Below are positions 51,908-64,000 of a DNA stretch of 64,000 bases, in pieces. Origin of the DNA: Ginglymostoma cirratum (Eukaryota); assembly GCA_024137785.1 (NCBI GenBank), contig JAHRHZ010000058.1, positions 20,872,534-20,936,533 of the forward strand. The letters are read 5' to 3'. The position numbers and the translations under genes were made by a program. Below the pieces are notes generated by a model that did not search any database, was not told the origin of the DNA, and saw only the letters and a program-made list of their open reading frames with translations. The stretch's first letter is position 1, and each line of letters starts with the position of its first letter.

Positions 51908-52244
51908 TCCGGTGAATTATATGAGTCAGAAAGGGACAAAGAGAGATGAGGTCAAGACGCAGGGGTCAAACTTGCACATGAGCAGTGCTTTAGTATGGCC
52001 TTTGGGAAAACACTTTCTGCTGACCACTTCCAATAATCTAGGGCAACACCCAGATTTTTACAAAAACAGAATTTAAAAATAGAAAATTCATAGCTGGTCA
52101 GTCAGCAGTTGAAAGGGAAAATAAATCAGCACTTTGGACACAACCTTGATCAGAAGACTAACAGATGTTAGCTGAGCTGCCTTTTGTGTCTTTCTTTAGA
52201 AATGAAGAGATGGTTCTGTGTTTCTTCCCTCATCTTGACTTGTG

Positions 52245-52600
52245 CTAGAATCTGGTTCTACGGGCACCTGCTACTCTCTGGTACCTTGCTAAATTGACCA
52301 TACCTTTTGCGTGACCTTTGATAACTGGCAGACTGTTTGACTTTAGGAAATCATTTTCAGCTAAACCCAATTCAGTCCTCACCTGATGTGAGGACTGAAT
52401 TGGGTTTACATGCATTTTCCAGCAGGTGTCACTGGATAGCAATTAGAGGCAGAAATACTGACTAATTTTCCCTCTCCCATGTGTACTGAACACAGACAAT
52501 TGCACTAACCCTAACTTCTCCCCAGTAGTGATAAATTGACTAAACAAGATGAAGGACCAAATTCAAGTTTTCCTATATGTACAACTCAGAGCCATGTTAG
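52245..52600 (-). mobile_element. Ancient SINE-like repeat (family B; other copies at ~7575-7760, 23425-23640, 26600-26840, 27980-28090, 41335-41570, 42560-42880, 53380-53710, 58310-58550, 62340-62510)
   Basis: Recurring core 'ggaaaa..agccag.gttcc..ctcctga...tatccagtgac.cctgctggaaa' on either strand. Confidence 0.65.
52362..52408. repeat. Perfect 21-bp inverted repeat with 5-nt loop
   Basis: taaacccaattcagtcctcac-ctgat-gtgaggactgaattgggttta. Confidence 0.97.
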
Positions 52601-53804
52601 GTAGTGCACATCGAAGTGGATGAAGCTGGGCATTTTCTTAAATAACTAACGGTGATAGGTATTTAGTTCTTTACAAGTAATTATTTGTAAATTAAAAATT
52701 TAAAGGAATTATGGTGATCATTTTTGTGCTAACATGCTAACTCACTTTCTTGTATGGTCTGAATGCAGGGGCTGTTCTCAGTTGTTCAAACCTTCTCTTT
52801 TAATTCTGCAATACTGGTGCTCCTGTCTGTTGCAATTTTGTAGTCAGGATGGCAAAACACAGCTCTCAGGATTCAATGTCTATGACTCTAACAGCATTGC
52901 TCTCTGCCCAGAATCAATTCCTTTCTGTTTACAGACCATTTCACAGCCCTTTACCTGCACCGGCACTTGTGTCATTCATATAAACACTTTCAGATAAAAT
53001 GCTTGAATTAACATAATGGTAAATGCATAGTGCTTGAAAATGCAAGGCAAAAATAGCAAGTGTCAACATGGTTCTTTCACTGAGATAATTAGAGCCATTA
53101 TACTGCTTCACTGGAACTATCATCAAGGTTAAACCCTATCCCAACAACCCCTCCAACCTTTTTATACCTAGTCCATTAAATGAAGCATAGAAACTGATAT
53201 GTTAGTAAACAATTTTGCTTTCCAGCCTTTTTGACTTCAGAATTAATCAGTTCAGTTATTTCCTGAATGTAGCCTGTAATGAGTTCTCAGATCTTAAGAT
53301 TTTGAGGGTTTCCTCTTCCTCGATTACTTTCCTCCTTTGAAGATGTGGCCTCCTGCCAAAGTGCATTTCCACAAGTTCCTTGAGCCCTCCAGTGTCTCAG
53401 CCAAATCAATATTCTTCACATGTGAGGCTCACCAAGGAATGTGAGTGGCCTATTTGACTGTAAGAGGCATCACTGCTGAACTCGATCCTTTCTTAACCCA
53501 TTGTCTGGAAACATATTTTCCAGCAAGAATTACTGGATAGCAATCAGGAAGCAGGAACCTAGATAATATTCACTAAACTCCCCCTCCACCCCCACCCCAT
53601 GATTCCTGCGTGTAGACCAGGAGTGTTTAGGCGATTTCTAGAAATGAAAGTTGTTCTAGTGCCGTACCAGCCTCAGTTTAGGTCAATTTCTGCAGGAATT
53701 GAACTGGGTGCTGTTAGACTGGTGCAGTTTGCCTGCAACACCTTTGTTTTAGGAAGATATATTTGGATGTTTTAGTTGTTGCTGCTTTGTATTTGTATTG
53801 TGTA

Positions 53805-54140
53805 GACTGGACAGAGGAGTGAAGGAGAAATTGTTCCCATTGGCGGAAGGCTGGAGAACCAGCAGATATCAATTTAAGGTGAACGGCAAAACAGCCAATG
53901 ACACAATGAAAAAAAATCTTTACGCAGCGACTGGTCAGGATCGGACTGTTGCTTGAGAATGTGCTGGAAGCAGATTAATCGTGATTTTCAGAAGGGAATT
54001 AGATAATTATTTGAAGAAAAAATAATTTCCAGCGCCACAAAGGGCGAGGGAGTGGGGCTAGGTGATTACTTTTGCATGGAGTTAGGATGGACATGGAATT
54101 GCAGAATGTCATCATTGTATTCTGTAAATATTCTTTAAAT
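53805..54140 (+). mobile_element. CR1 LINE 3' end, decayed
   Basis: aaattgttcccattggcggaaggg..gagaacca...aatttaaggtga..ggcaaaa...gaagggaattagataattatttgaag. Confidence 0.75.
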
Positions 54141-57100
54141 CTACGGATATTCATAACTTTGATGAGATAAAAGGTAGACAATTGGGGATGTTTCCGCTGG
54201 ACTTTGCGAAGCAGCAGTGAGGTTATGAAATGCACACTGAACCAAACCTAAATACTCTTGTCCCTTTCCTGTCAGCTACATTTAGAAATATATTGGGGTT
54301 TTCCCCTCTGCTATACAATTTATGCTGAGAGCTAGCTGATTTTTACTTCAATCCCAAGGAATATTTTATAGAATGCAAAAAGATCTTTGTTATTTTTTAC
54401 TATACCTGTTTCTTATTCTTTCTTCTGCCATCTCACATAAATGGGTACACTCCACTTGGAAGCCAAGACAGTTGACTATTCAACTGGAAGACATCGCAAC
54501 CACCCTAACTCTGCAATCACTTAGCATTCTCAAAGGTAGGCATTCCAACGAGAGTTATCGATAACAATTAGTAATGTGAATCCTGGCTGCTTTATTTGAG
54601 GATGGTGAGGCAAGTTGCAATGCTCTAGCTGCTGCCCAGCAAGGAGCTACCAGTTCAAGCTGAGATTGAATTTGGATCTTTCTAATCATTATGGCATGTT
54701 ACCCTACTGAATGGTATACTTACCAATAAACCACCAAGAGAACTGAATAAAGATAATGGAGAGAACCTTTACAATGAGCTGGTATGTTCATGGCCCGTGA
54801 GTTATGACTCCCCTACGCTGGTAAAACACCGGCTGTAATACACACCACTGATACAATTTGTATGAAGCTCGAATTTTACTTTTTTTAAAAAAGCCATTAA
54901 ATAGAGTCATCTGTATGGCAGTAATTTTTGATTGCAAAATCTGTATTATTGAATTGGAGACAGGTTAATAACAACAGCAAGAATTAAACTAAATAAACTC
55001 TGGAATTCAGCACTAACACTATGTACATATCTCGTCTGAAATTACAGTACTTGCAAATTCCTTCTTTTCGGGATGGTCATTAATTTTTTGTGGCGTTTGA
55101 AAATTGCAATTTTTGCTACCTGGCACACTTAAATTCTGCTAACCTGACGTGACGGATTCAGATATTTTGACTGTTAATACGTTTGAAATGAAAATTATTT
55201 ATACATATATTTTGCGGCTGACCAGCTTGCATTTGATCACTGCTGTTGGAAATGAAAGCAGAACACCACGAAATTTACATGTCATCTCCTGATGTATTTC
55301 CAGATTACAAGATGATCAGAAACACGTAAAATAATTTGCATCAAACTATGGCTATCGTCACTCTCCTGACAAGCCTTCTTGATTTCCCCCCCACTGTTTT
55401 TGATGCATTTCATGCGATTTCAATCTATTGACAAGACCAGCTATTAAACATACTCAGTGGAGACAGCAAGAAGAATTTCTAAAGGTTATTTTTCCTTCAC
55501 TCTCCGTTGCACACATACACTGTGTAGGATCAGGAGTGAATCATATTTAGAATCTGCATGCATTATGATACGCTACATGGCATTCATCAACTCTGTTTAG
55601 TTATGGTTAGGCTGAGAGGTAAAGGATGCAATCTAGCCTCTGCATGGGGTCTGAAATAGAGATGTGTGGAGCCACAATAAATTATTCACGTCTTACAAGG
55701 AAGGAGAAAAATTTCTTTTCAGCTGCATAAAATGACAATTTGCCATTGAAGGTGGATGGAATGCCATCAGTTTTTGTTCAATTACAAAGGCAAATATTTA
55801 TTATTTATAAGTACTAATCTTGTAGGGGCTTAATGTTATTTATAAACCTGTTGCACGGTGATTTTCAATGTAACTCATTATTTTTAGCCTAAGGGTGTTG
55901 TAAAAGAGCAGGGATATATTTAATGACACCAGGCTAGTCAGCGCAATTACAGTGTAATCATTATGTAAAATGTGCTATTAATTAAACCAAATTCTTGCTG
56001 GTACGTGGTTGTCTGTGGAGATTTTAATCTTGATCTCCCGCAATTTTTCTTGCTGTTTTTCACCTGTTACTTTCTGTTGTTAGTTAGTGAATTAAATATT
56101 TCAGATTGGGTGCGGGAATTATTCATTTTTAAAAGCACCTATCTATGTTAACCAGTTGTTGGATATTCTTTTCGGTGGAATTTAGATGGAACATATCAGC
56201 AAGGGGTTAAAAATCAAATGGCTCTCCTTGCAGCTTCTGATCATTGAAAAGAACCTGTGAAATCTAGATGAAGAACCATGATTTGTAGGACAGAATTGTA
56301 CCAGAGGTGCAAAAAAGTAAATGAGAAGATCAGGAAATCAAAAATTAGTGGTTAAATAGATGTCAACTTGAATTTTCAAAACCTATTGATTATCAGAGGA
56401 AGGAAAGAATAAGTTAAACCAATTTTGGAAGATGTCCCATGGTCATAAGGAAGGAATGAGTTAAAATGGAAGTGATGTTAGTAATAATCTTAACTTCAGA
56501 ATAAGTGAAAATGTAGGAATATGAGTGTGCAGGAACAAAATGAAAGACCAAAGGATCACATAGTATAAAATCTGTACATTAAAGCTTTGAAAGAATAAAA
56601 ACAAGTGCAAAGGTGTGTAAGTATTCTAGTAGGTTGAATTGACCAAACAACACAAATAGTGGACAGATTCAGGTTGCTATTTAATTATCATTGTGTCAGA
56701 GATTGCTGTGTAGTTTGTTGCCTTCTAGGGAGAGGTACAATAGAGGAAATATCAGAGGGGTTGTGTTGTCCCTATTCTCTAGCTGTGTAGACACTGTCTT
56801 TTACTTCTGGTATTAGGCTCTCACTCCAGCCTTTCCGATGTGATTAAAGTTTTCTTTTTCTGTTAGCTTTGAAGGTCTAAAATGAAATATGTGACATAGA
56901 CTTAATTAACTTTACAGCCAATATAGGCCTACGAGACAAAGCCAGCTCTCAGAGAGACTACAGGATCATTGATGTTGAGATGTAGAGAAACAACACACTA
57001 GTAGACTAAAATCTCCTATGATTAGCATATTATTATGCACAGAAAGTAAATTTAACTTCACATGTACCTGCTCTGGCAAAGTATTTCACTATATAGCAAT

Positions 57101-60100
57101 ATCACACTCAGTAAAATGTGCAAAAGAATTTACAGAAAGAAAAACAAATAATGAGAAAAGGCTATTCAGTCCCTCATGCCACTTCTTCCTAGTCTATATA
57201 CCATATATCATTTAATATCCTGGGGGAAGTTCAATTGAAGTATTCCTGAACCTAAAAGTTGATTGAGTAAATTGGTTGAATATTCAATCATCCTCATAAT
57301 TTGGGAAATCAAACCTGGTTAGCTGCCTTCCACTGACAATACCTCATCTTCAGCCCCCATAGTATCCCACCAAGTGTTCAATCATCTACGCCCACACTTA
57401 CCCATAGACACTAATCCCATTCCCAAAGGATATTTATGCAACTCAATTTTTGAAGGAGTTAATCAGCACTGCAAGATAAAGCTGAACAATGATTAACAGC
57501 TTTAGAAGATGATAATGGGTAAGAGGCAATTAGGTAAAAGAAATATGAATGGTAAGAAATTAATTTTTGTTGTGGATACATGACAGAAAATAATTACTTA
57601 GATAACTGAAAAGTGAATGTAAATTGTAAAATGATGTTTATGTTGTATCTTAGGGATTTTCCGATGAGAATCTTACAGACAATATGGCAAGATGACAGAG
57701 ATTTATACTACCCTAAGATTTTCACTCAGGTGCACTTTGGAGCAGAAACATTCATAGAACTTCCGCCTCTTGGAAATTAGATAAACTGGTCAGTACCTGA
57801 CTAGATTTTACTTGATCTGTGCAAAGTGAAGACTTAATAGGCTGAATGTGTTCTTTTCAAGGAAGGTACTAAATAGCTTTACCAGAGAAATCAAGCAGAG
57901 TCAACTACCGAGCACAGCTGCCTCATTAGACTTCGGTTATTGCTGGGGGCCCAAGAAATTTTGGAGAAATTATACTGGGCATCAAGAGGCAGTTCTCAAT
58001 GTCCCAAAACCTAATGCCTATTGTAAAAACTCCGCCTTTATCCAATTACAGTAATTGCTCCTCTAAATGTTCTCTTGATTATCATCAGTACTAAATACAC
58101 AATGTGCATGCTCTTCTTCCTCGCTGTGTCCTGCTTCAATACATTTTATCAGGACACCATAACTGTGGATCTCTGCTTCTCTTCGTCTTTCTTATCTGAT
58201 ACAGACATTCAAAACTTAAATTCTGTGAAAGGATGTGCTGTAATGAATCTCTTATGCACAAGAACCCATGTATCTCCCAGAAATAATTAATTTAACAGTT
58301 GATATTGTGTTCACTAGGGTGGCAGTGAGGCACTATCACTGCCCTGAATATCCATGGACTGATGAAGTGGAAAATCAATCAGGGTCCTCACCTATGACTG
58401 ATATCCAGTGATCTTTTCTTGATGCTATGCACAAGAATGAAGCCAAAGAGATGATGCTACTCCTATTTGAACATTTCAGCAATGCTCCATGGAGAAAATT
58501 GCATATGAGGAAATAGTACTTGGGTAAAGTATCATGGAGTGAAAAGAGTCAGTGGAACTTTACAATACATTTACAATGATCTCTTATCCAAATGGATAAT
58601 AGTCCCATACTTTCTAGCAGGTATATCTGGATATCAATTGGGAGCAGGAATCCCGCCTTATTTTTCTCTCCTTCCTCATCCCAAGATGTTGAGTCCAATT
58701 ATGGAACATGGTTAGAGTCAGATAACTTGATTTTGAAGGATTGTATCTTTTGATTCTTAATGGCTCAGTACCATATTGGACAGTGCGTGTGACAACTGAG
58801 CTCACTGGAAAGTGCACTAACTCATAGTCAGCCCATCCAAATACTAATTCCTGATATATAAATTTTTCTTTTAGAAATGGTGTTTACTTTTGTTGATGAA
58901 CTAGAGTATTTTGAGATTTTTAAAAAATTGCTTCATAGCGGGTAATTTTGATGCAACATTGTAGTTACAACTTATGCCGAATGCACTTATGTTAATATTC
59001 TGAAGACTAGTTCGTGTTTTGTGACTCACCTTATGTGCAAGATGGATGTGTTATAAAAATTTTTATGGCACTGTGTGCACTGTGTAATATATCGACACCT
59101 TCAGAAAAGTAACATTAAGACAGAGACGTACAGTATTTGATGAAACATAAATCACACCCTGCTTTTGGTTTTAGCACTTGGTTTTTGTGAACTCGTATAA
59201 GTCACATCAGAGTATAAGCTGCGCTTGATATATTATGGACAGGTGACTTCAACTTAGGGATAAAACAAATGTCAGTCAAAAGCTTCAGCCTTACATTTTG
59301 GTCTGTAATGTTTGCTAGGGTTTATTCGAATGTTTTTACTTTGGCAATGCAGGTAAACTAAAAGCTTGTTTGTAGATGTGTAGACAAGGGTATTTTTCTG
59401 AACATAGTTAGTATAATATTTTTGTCATCATTTTGTTTTCTTATTGTTGCTGAGTATGAATACTGTATTGTATAAAGATATATAAACCTTTAATAACAGG
59501 TTGGACCATGACGCCTTGCTGGGCTACTCTTTTATAATGAATCAATTCCACTTTCTCCAAATATTCCACAATCCCTTTTATTTCTAAGAATGCTCTTAAT
59601 TGTCCCTTGCATTCAGTTGTACATCTCATTTTTATCAAACTCCCTGCAAATTAATCTACCTTTTGATGAAATATTTCACCTTAAGTATTTTCCTGCTCCT
59701 AAATTCATAATGAGTAACTTATATCCTTTGATATTTGAAATGTGCAACTTGTCTAGATCAAATTCAACAATTTTCTTTATAATCTTGAAAATGCCATATT
59801 GTTTATTCAAAGGTATGTCTTCTCCTAACAGTTTGCTAAACCTTTTTTTTTAACCTAATTTATATTTCTAAGACCAGGAATCATTTTGGGTTGCTCACCA
59901 GACAGTTTATTGGGGCAGATAAAAATTTCGAATTTATGAGTAGGCATAACAGAATTAAGTCAGGGAGCTGACTTTGTTATATTTTGCCAAGTACAGATCT
60001 GGACTATGACAGATTCCTTGGGGCCATTATCTGTTATTTTCTTCCTCTTATAAAGACTCTGGCACAAGGTTCCACGTGGCACTTTCTAAAAAAAAAATGG

Positions 60101-60134
60101 ATGGACTGGTAGTCATCCAGCACCTTTCATTTCT

Positions 60135-60290
60135 GAAAACACCAGTATGTGCACGGCAACATCCCGTAAACAGCAATGTGAAAAGGAACGAATAATTGTT
60201 TCCGTGATGTTAATTAAGAGATAAATATTGATTTTGATGCTGCAGAAAACTCCTCTACTCTTGTTCAAATATTGCTATAGTATGTCTTGT
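60135..60290 (-). mobile_element. Deu-domain SINE remnant
   Basis: tgtgcacggcaacatcccgtaaacagcaatgtga...gagataaatattg...aactcctctactcttgttcaaata. Confidence 0.6.
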
Positions 60291-61069
60291 CTCACACAAT
60301 GTTTTAACAACATTCAGGCCAATATGGCCAAAAGCTTTTATCAACTGGATGGGGGCTACAGTGATGGTGCTGCCAGTGTTTGGGATCATCTACTGAAGGT
60401 GGCTTGAATAAAGTTGAACAGTTTTATCTCAGGATGTTTTGGGGATGAGCCTGAACTTTGAAAAACAGATGCTGTCTGGATTGTACTTCTGGACTCATGT
60501 CCTCAATTGGTCAAACATAGTGGATAATCAATCCAAAACAGGACCGAAATCCAGACATCTTCTCCTTCCAGAAGGAGTGTGCAAAGGAACAATTATAGAA
60601 AATAAGAGAGCTTTCAAAAAAAAGTCAGCTTCTTTGTTGGCTCAATTAGTCAGTGTCCTACCTAGTCTAAATTTGAGCCAAATAGACCATCATACAACAA
60701 GATTCAGGTACCAAATTGTGTTCAGATAGCTGATTTATCCAACCTGTTGTAGGAACATTACCATGGAACATTACCTTAGACTTGGGAGAAATAGAAATTC
60801 AGTCAAGGCTATTATTGCTATCACTGAAAAGTGCAAATGTAAAACTCAGGCACTGAGAACCTCTCTTGTCCCAGTCAAACCTAAAATTAGTGAATTATTA
60901 TGGGAAATATGTACAAAAAAGCGAAAACAACAAACATTTCATGTAGACTTGCAATGATATGAATAACACACCACTAAGTGTCACATAAGTATTTAATCAA
61001 ATAGGCCTCTATCTGTACTTATAACCTTCAATTTCACTCTCTTCCAAATAAACATCCAACTTTTTTTTT

Positions 61070-61235
61070 AATAGAAGCTTAATGGATGAACCGTATTTAG
61101 TTTTCAGGGGAGTGAAGGACTATGAAGGGCAGGCAAGAGATTGGAATCAATGCAACAGTCAGTTCAGCCATCAACTTATTGAATGCTGGAGCAGAATTGA
61201 AGGACTGAATTGTTTACTTCCGCTTCTACTTCTTA
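61070..61235 (+). mobile_element. CR1 LINE 3' tail
   Basis: gggagtgaaggactatgaagggcaggcaagag...cagccatcaacttattgaatgctggagcag..ttgaaggactgaat. Confidence 0.7.
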
Positions 61236-61699
61236 TAACCCGACCTCTGATGGGAGTGCATTCTGCGTATCACTCAATTTGAGAACAAATTCTTAATGAA
61301 TCTTCAGTAACAATACTGGTTTGTCTTTCTTCAGTCAATATCCTTTACTCGTAGAAGCTCACCTGAAGTACCAGAATGACTATGTCATCCATTTTTATTG
61401 TTATTTTAAAGTCTTAAAACATGTCCCAATCTGCGATTCTTTAATGAACACAGTTGCAGCAGTTTTATGTCCTCAGCTCATCCTAGTTGTTTTTTAAGAT
61501 AATGGAGAAGGTAATTGATCAGAGTTCTTGCTGCAAATGATCCATGATGGAAAGTCATGATTAGAATCTTCAAAAATAGGCAATCTCATTGAGGTCCTTT
61601 ATGAAACACCAGAATTACCTACACGTCTTATCACTATAGCTTCGATCCTTCTCATCTCAGAAGCACATTTAATTGTCTGTCAAACTCATTTACACTGCA

Positions 61700-61800
61700 A
61701 TAAAAAAACCAGAAAAAGCTGGAAATGCTCAGCAGGTTTAGACGCATCTGTGGAGGGATAAACAGAATTAAAGTTTTAAGTCATGACCATTCGTTCCCTG
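61700..61800 (-). mobile_element. Degenerate Penelope-like terminal fragment
   Basis: aaaccagaaaaagctggaaatgctcagcaggtttagacgcatctgtggagggataaacagaattaaagttt is homologous to 40322-40427. Confidence 0.7.
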
Positions 61801-63320
61801 AGATATTACTGTACAAATCTATCAGCTTTTGTTTGCTGATATTCCTTCTTACTCTTAATTTTATAACTGTACTCCCACAGTATCATAGCTGAAACTATTA
61901 ACTCTGAAACATGATATAGAGGCCATTTGTTAAACACCTCTGCTTCATGTACAGTGATGCACTGTGAGGTACATGCTTCAAACTTTCACCTATGATGCTT
62001 GGCTCTCACAGCTGATTGAAAAGATGTTATCATTATAACTGGACTATCAACTTTGGAACTCGAGAGATATGAGACATCAATGCTCTGGTCAATGGTTGTC
62101 AATAAAATATTAATTTATCTTTTCTTTACAGATTCTGATGGGCGACAATTTTACAAACACCAGCTTCCTTCTGGTAGCATGTTTTAAGTGCATTGATTAC
62201 GTGTGACTGCAAATTAGCGGAATAAAATTTGTCTCAACCAAAGTGCAAAATGTGTGCAAATCGGCAAATCCATTTCACACTTTTTTACTCCTGTAAAATC
62301 TGTTTGGTTATATGTCCAGGTGACATTACCGCACCATCCAATTCGACCCTCCTTCACTACACATATCCCTGCATTTTCCAGCAGGCATCAATGGCTCAGG
62401 AACTAGAATTCTAGCTTATCTTTTTGCCCTCAGTAGTTCAGGGACAGTGAGGTTAATTGTTGAGTACACAGTATAAAAAACTGGCCGAGGGTTGAATCTT
62501 GAATCTTTCTGTTTATCTGATTTATCATCCAAGGCAGTTCATTCACTAAAATAATCATTCAGAGGATGTGCACATTTTAGGTTTGTATCTACAGGAAGCA
62601 AGGTAGACCATAAACATCTTCCTGGTTGGATCAAACCTGAGTGTACAAAATCATCAGAATGTTTCTAAAGTATTCTTGACATGACTCAATACTTGCAGAA
62701 ATAAGGTGGCAGATAAATCTTCAGCCACTTCTTTACTGCATGTCATAAATGTCAATACAACAGCACTTGAAACTTTCCAAATGCAGCGAAGTGTTTCTAA
62801 TTTTTTTTCAGCACAATGTGGCTGAATTGCAGGCACAAGGTTAGCTGACCCTCCCATACAACTAGTAATATTTTCCTCTCACAGCTAAATTCCCATGGGT
62901 CTGTAGAAAAGATTGCACTGGGAGTGCTTGTTTACACCCTGAAAGTCCAACACACCGACAGTAACATCACAGAATACAGAAATGCCTTTTCAAAATCGGA
63001 AGTCTAAAAGCTTTCTAAAACGCCTTTAGTTTTTAATCTCACTGTTGAGTTGTACAGGGAGGCGTGCCACTATCACTTAAAGATTAATGTGCTCTTGGGA
63101 TGCACTGAAATGTATAAGAATGCTCTATTCATACTTTGTTTGGCTATGAGATTGAACATTTAATAGATTCACTAGTGTACATTTCATTGGAGCAAAATTA
63201 AGTGAAATAGCAGAATTAGTCATTACAGTACCTTGACAATGAGAAGTGAGCAATGAGAGTATATCACTCTGTGAAAAGGAGGCAAGATTTTTATGTAATA
63301 TTAAGCTTTGAACACACATT

Positions 63321-63355
63321 CTTCCTTTTTTGTAAAACCTTCCTTTTTTGTAAAA
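63321..63355. repeat. 18-bp tandem duplication (cttccttttttgtaaaac)
   Basis: Read directly from the sequence. Confidence 0.85.
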
Positions 63356-64000
63356 AAAAGCAAACGTGTAGAATATGATTGAAATTACTTCTAATCAATG
63401 AGATATGTTAAAATTATAATTGAATCAAGGTTTTACACCATGGTTGGTTAGATTAAGAAAAGACAGCATCAACAAATCCAGGAGCCTGCTAGTCAGTAAG
63501 AACTGGCCATCTTTCTCTCTGTGTGTCAGTGAAAATAGACTGATGGATCACTTTGCTGTGTCAAAAGCTGCGACTGGTGACAATCAGGGAAATGATTGTG
63601 TCTGCCTCTACACATATTTGTAATTGATTGCCCAAACCCTAAGACTCTCTTTTGCTGGTGATATGATGGAACATTGTACCACAATCACTCCAGATGAGGA
63701 GGAGCTGAGGCCATTTGTTATTTACTTGGGAGAGTCGCTCCTCTCTCACTCTTCTCGAATTGTACCGCAAGAATGCGTTATGGTAATAGGAGGGAATGTG
63801 TGTACAGGAATCAATCAAAGAGAGACTCTTCACAAGAGTTATGACGTTCTAAAGTCTGTTTGTAACTTTTGATTTATGGAAGGATTTCAATTTTATAAAT
63901 TGAGAAAGAGGCATGGTGGGAAACATTAACCCCTTGACTACACTGAAGGCTCCTAGCACTCACACTATCTATCATCGAAAATTTCTTTGTTAACTTTAAA

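Noticed and set aside
51716-52076. ORFs spanning the second gap
   Set aside because: Made up largely of N-derived X residues.
52419-52433. CTCF-like CCAGCAGGTGTCACT
   Set aside because: Lies in the core of repeat family B and lacks the GGC end, so it is not independently supportable.
24703-64000. FOXD3 or another protein-coding gene downstream
   Set aside because: No forkhead-domain ORF, CpG island or recognisable exon chain found. Short or non-coding exons cannot be excluded by eye.

Overview
Vertebrate genomic DNA, most likely from a shark or ray: it carries HE1-type SINEs, CR1 LINEs, Deu-domain SINEs and Penelope-like elements (PLEs). The first ~25 kb hold the last six coding exons of the autophagy cysteine protease ATG4C on the + strand (3393-24702). 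They splice in frame through GT-AG sites to 223 aa that include the catalytic DPH motif and the C-terminal EEFVLL LIR-like motif. The remaining ~39 kb look intergenic, with repeats, repeat-free blocks resembling conserved enhancers (in other vertebrates this interval is the ATG4C-FOXD3 regulatory desert) and two N gaps. The most striking signal is a set of PLE ends from about four families. Each carries a minimal hammerhead-ribozyme-like core (CUGANGA-stem II-GAAAC). Two are built as inverted structures, one of them a 183-bp-arm palindrome at 28337-28705, and several are bracketed by short direct repeats that overlap the element end. There is also a perfect 21-bp fold-back hairpin inside an old SINE and a decayed pogo/POGK-like transposon. 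All calls are by eye, with no database searches, and repeat boundaries are approximate.
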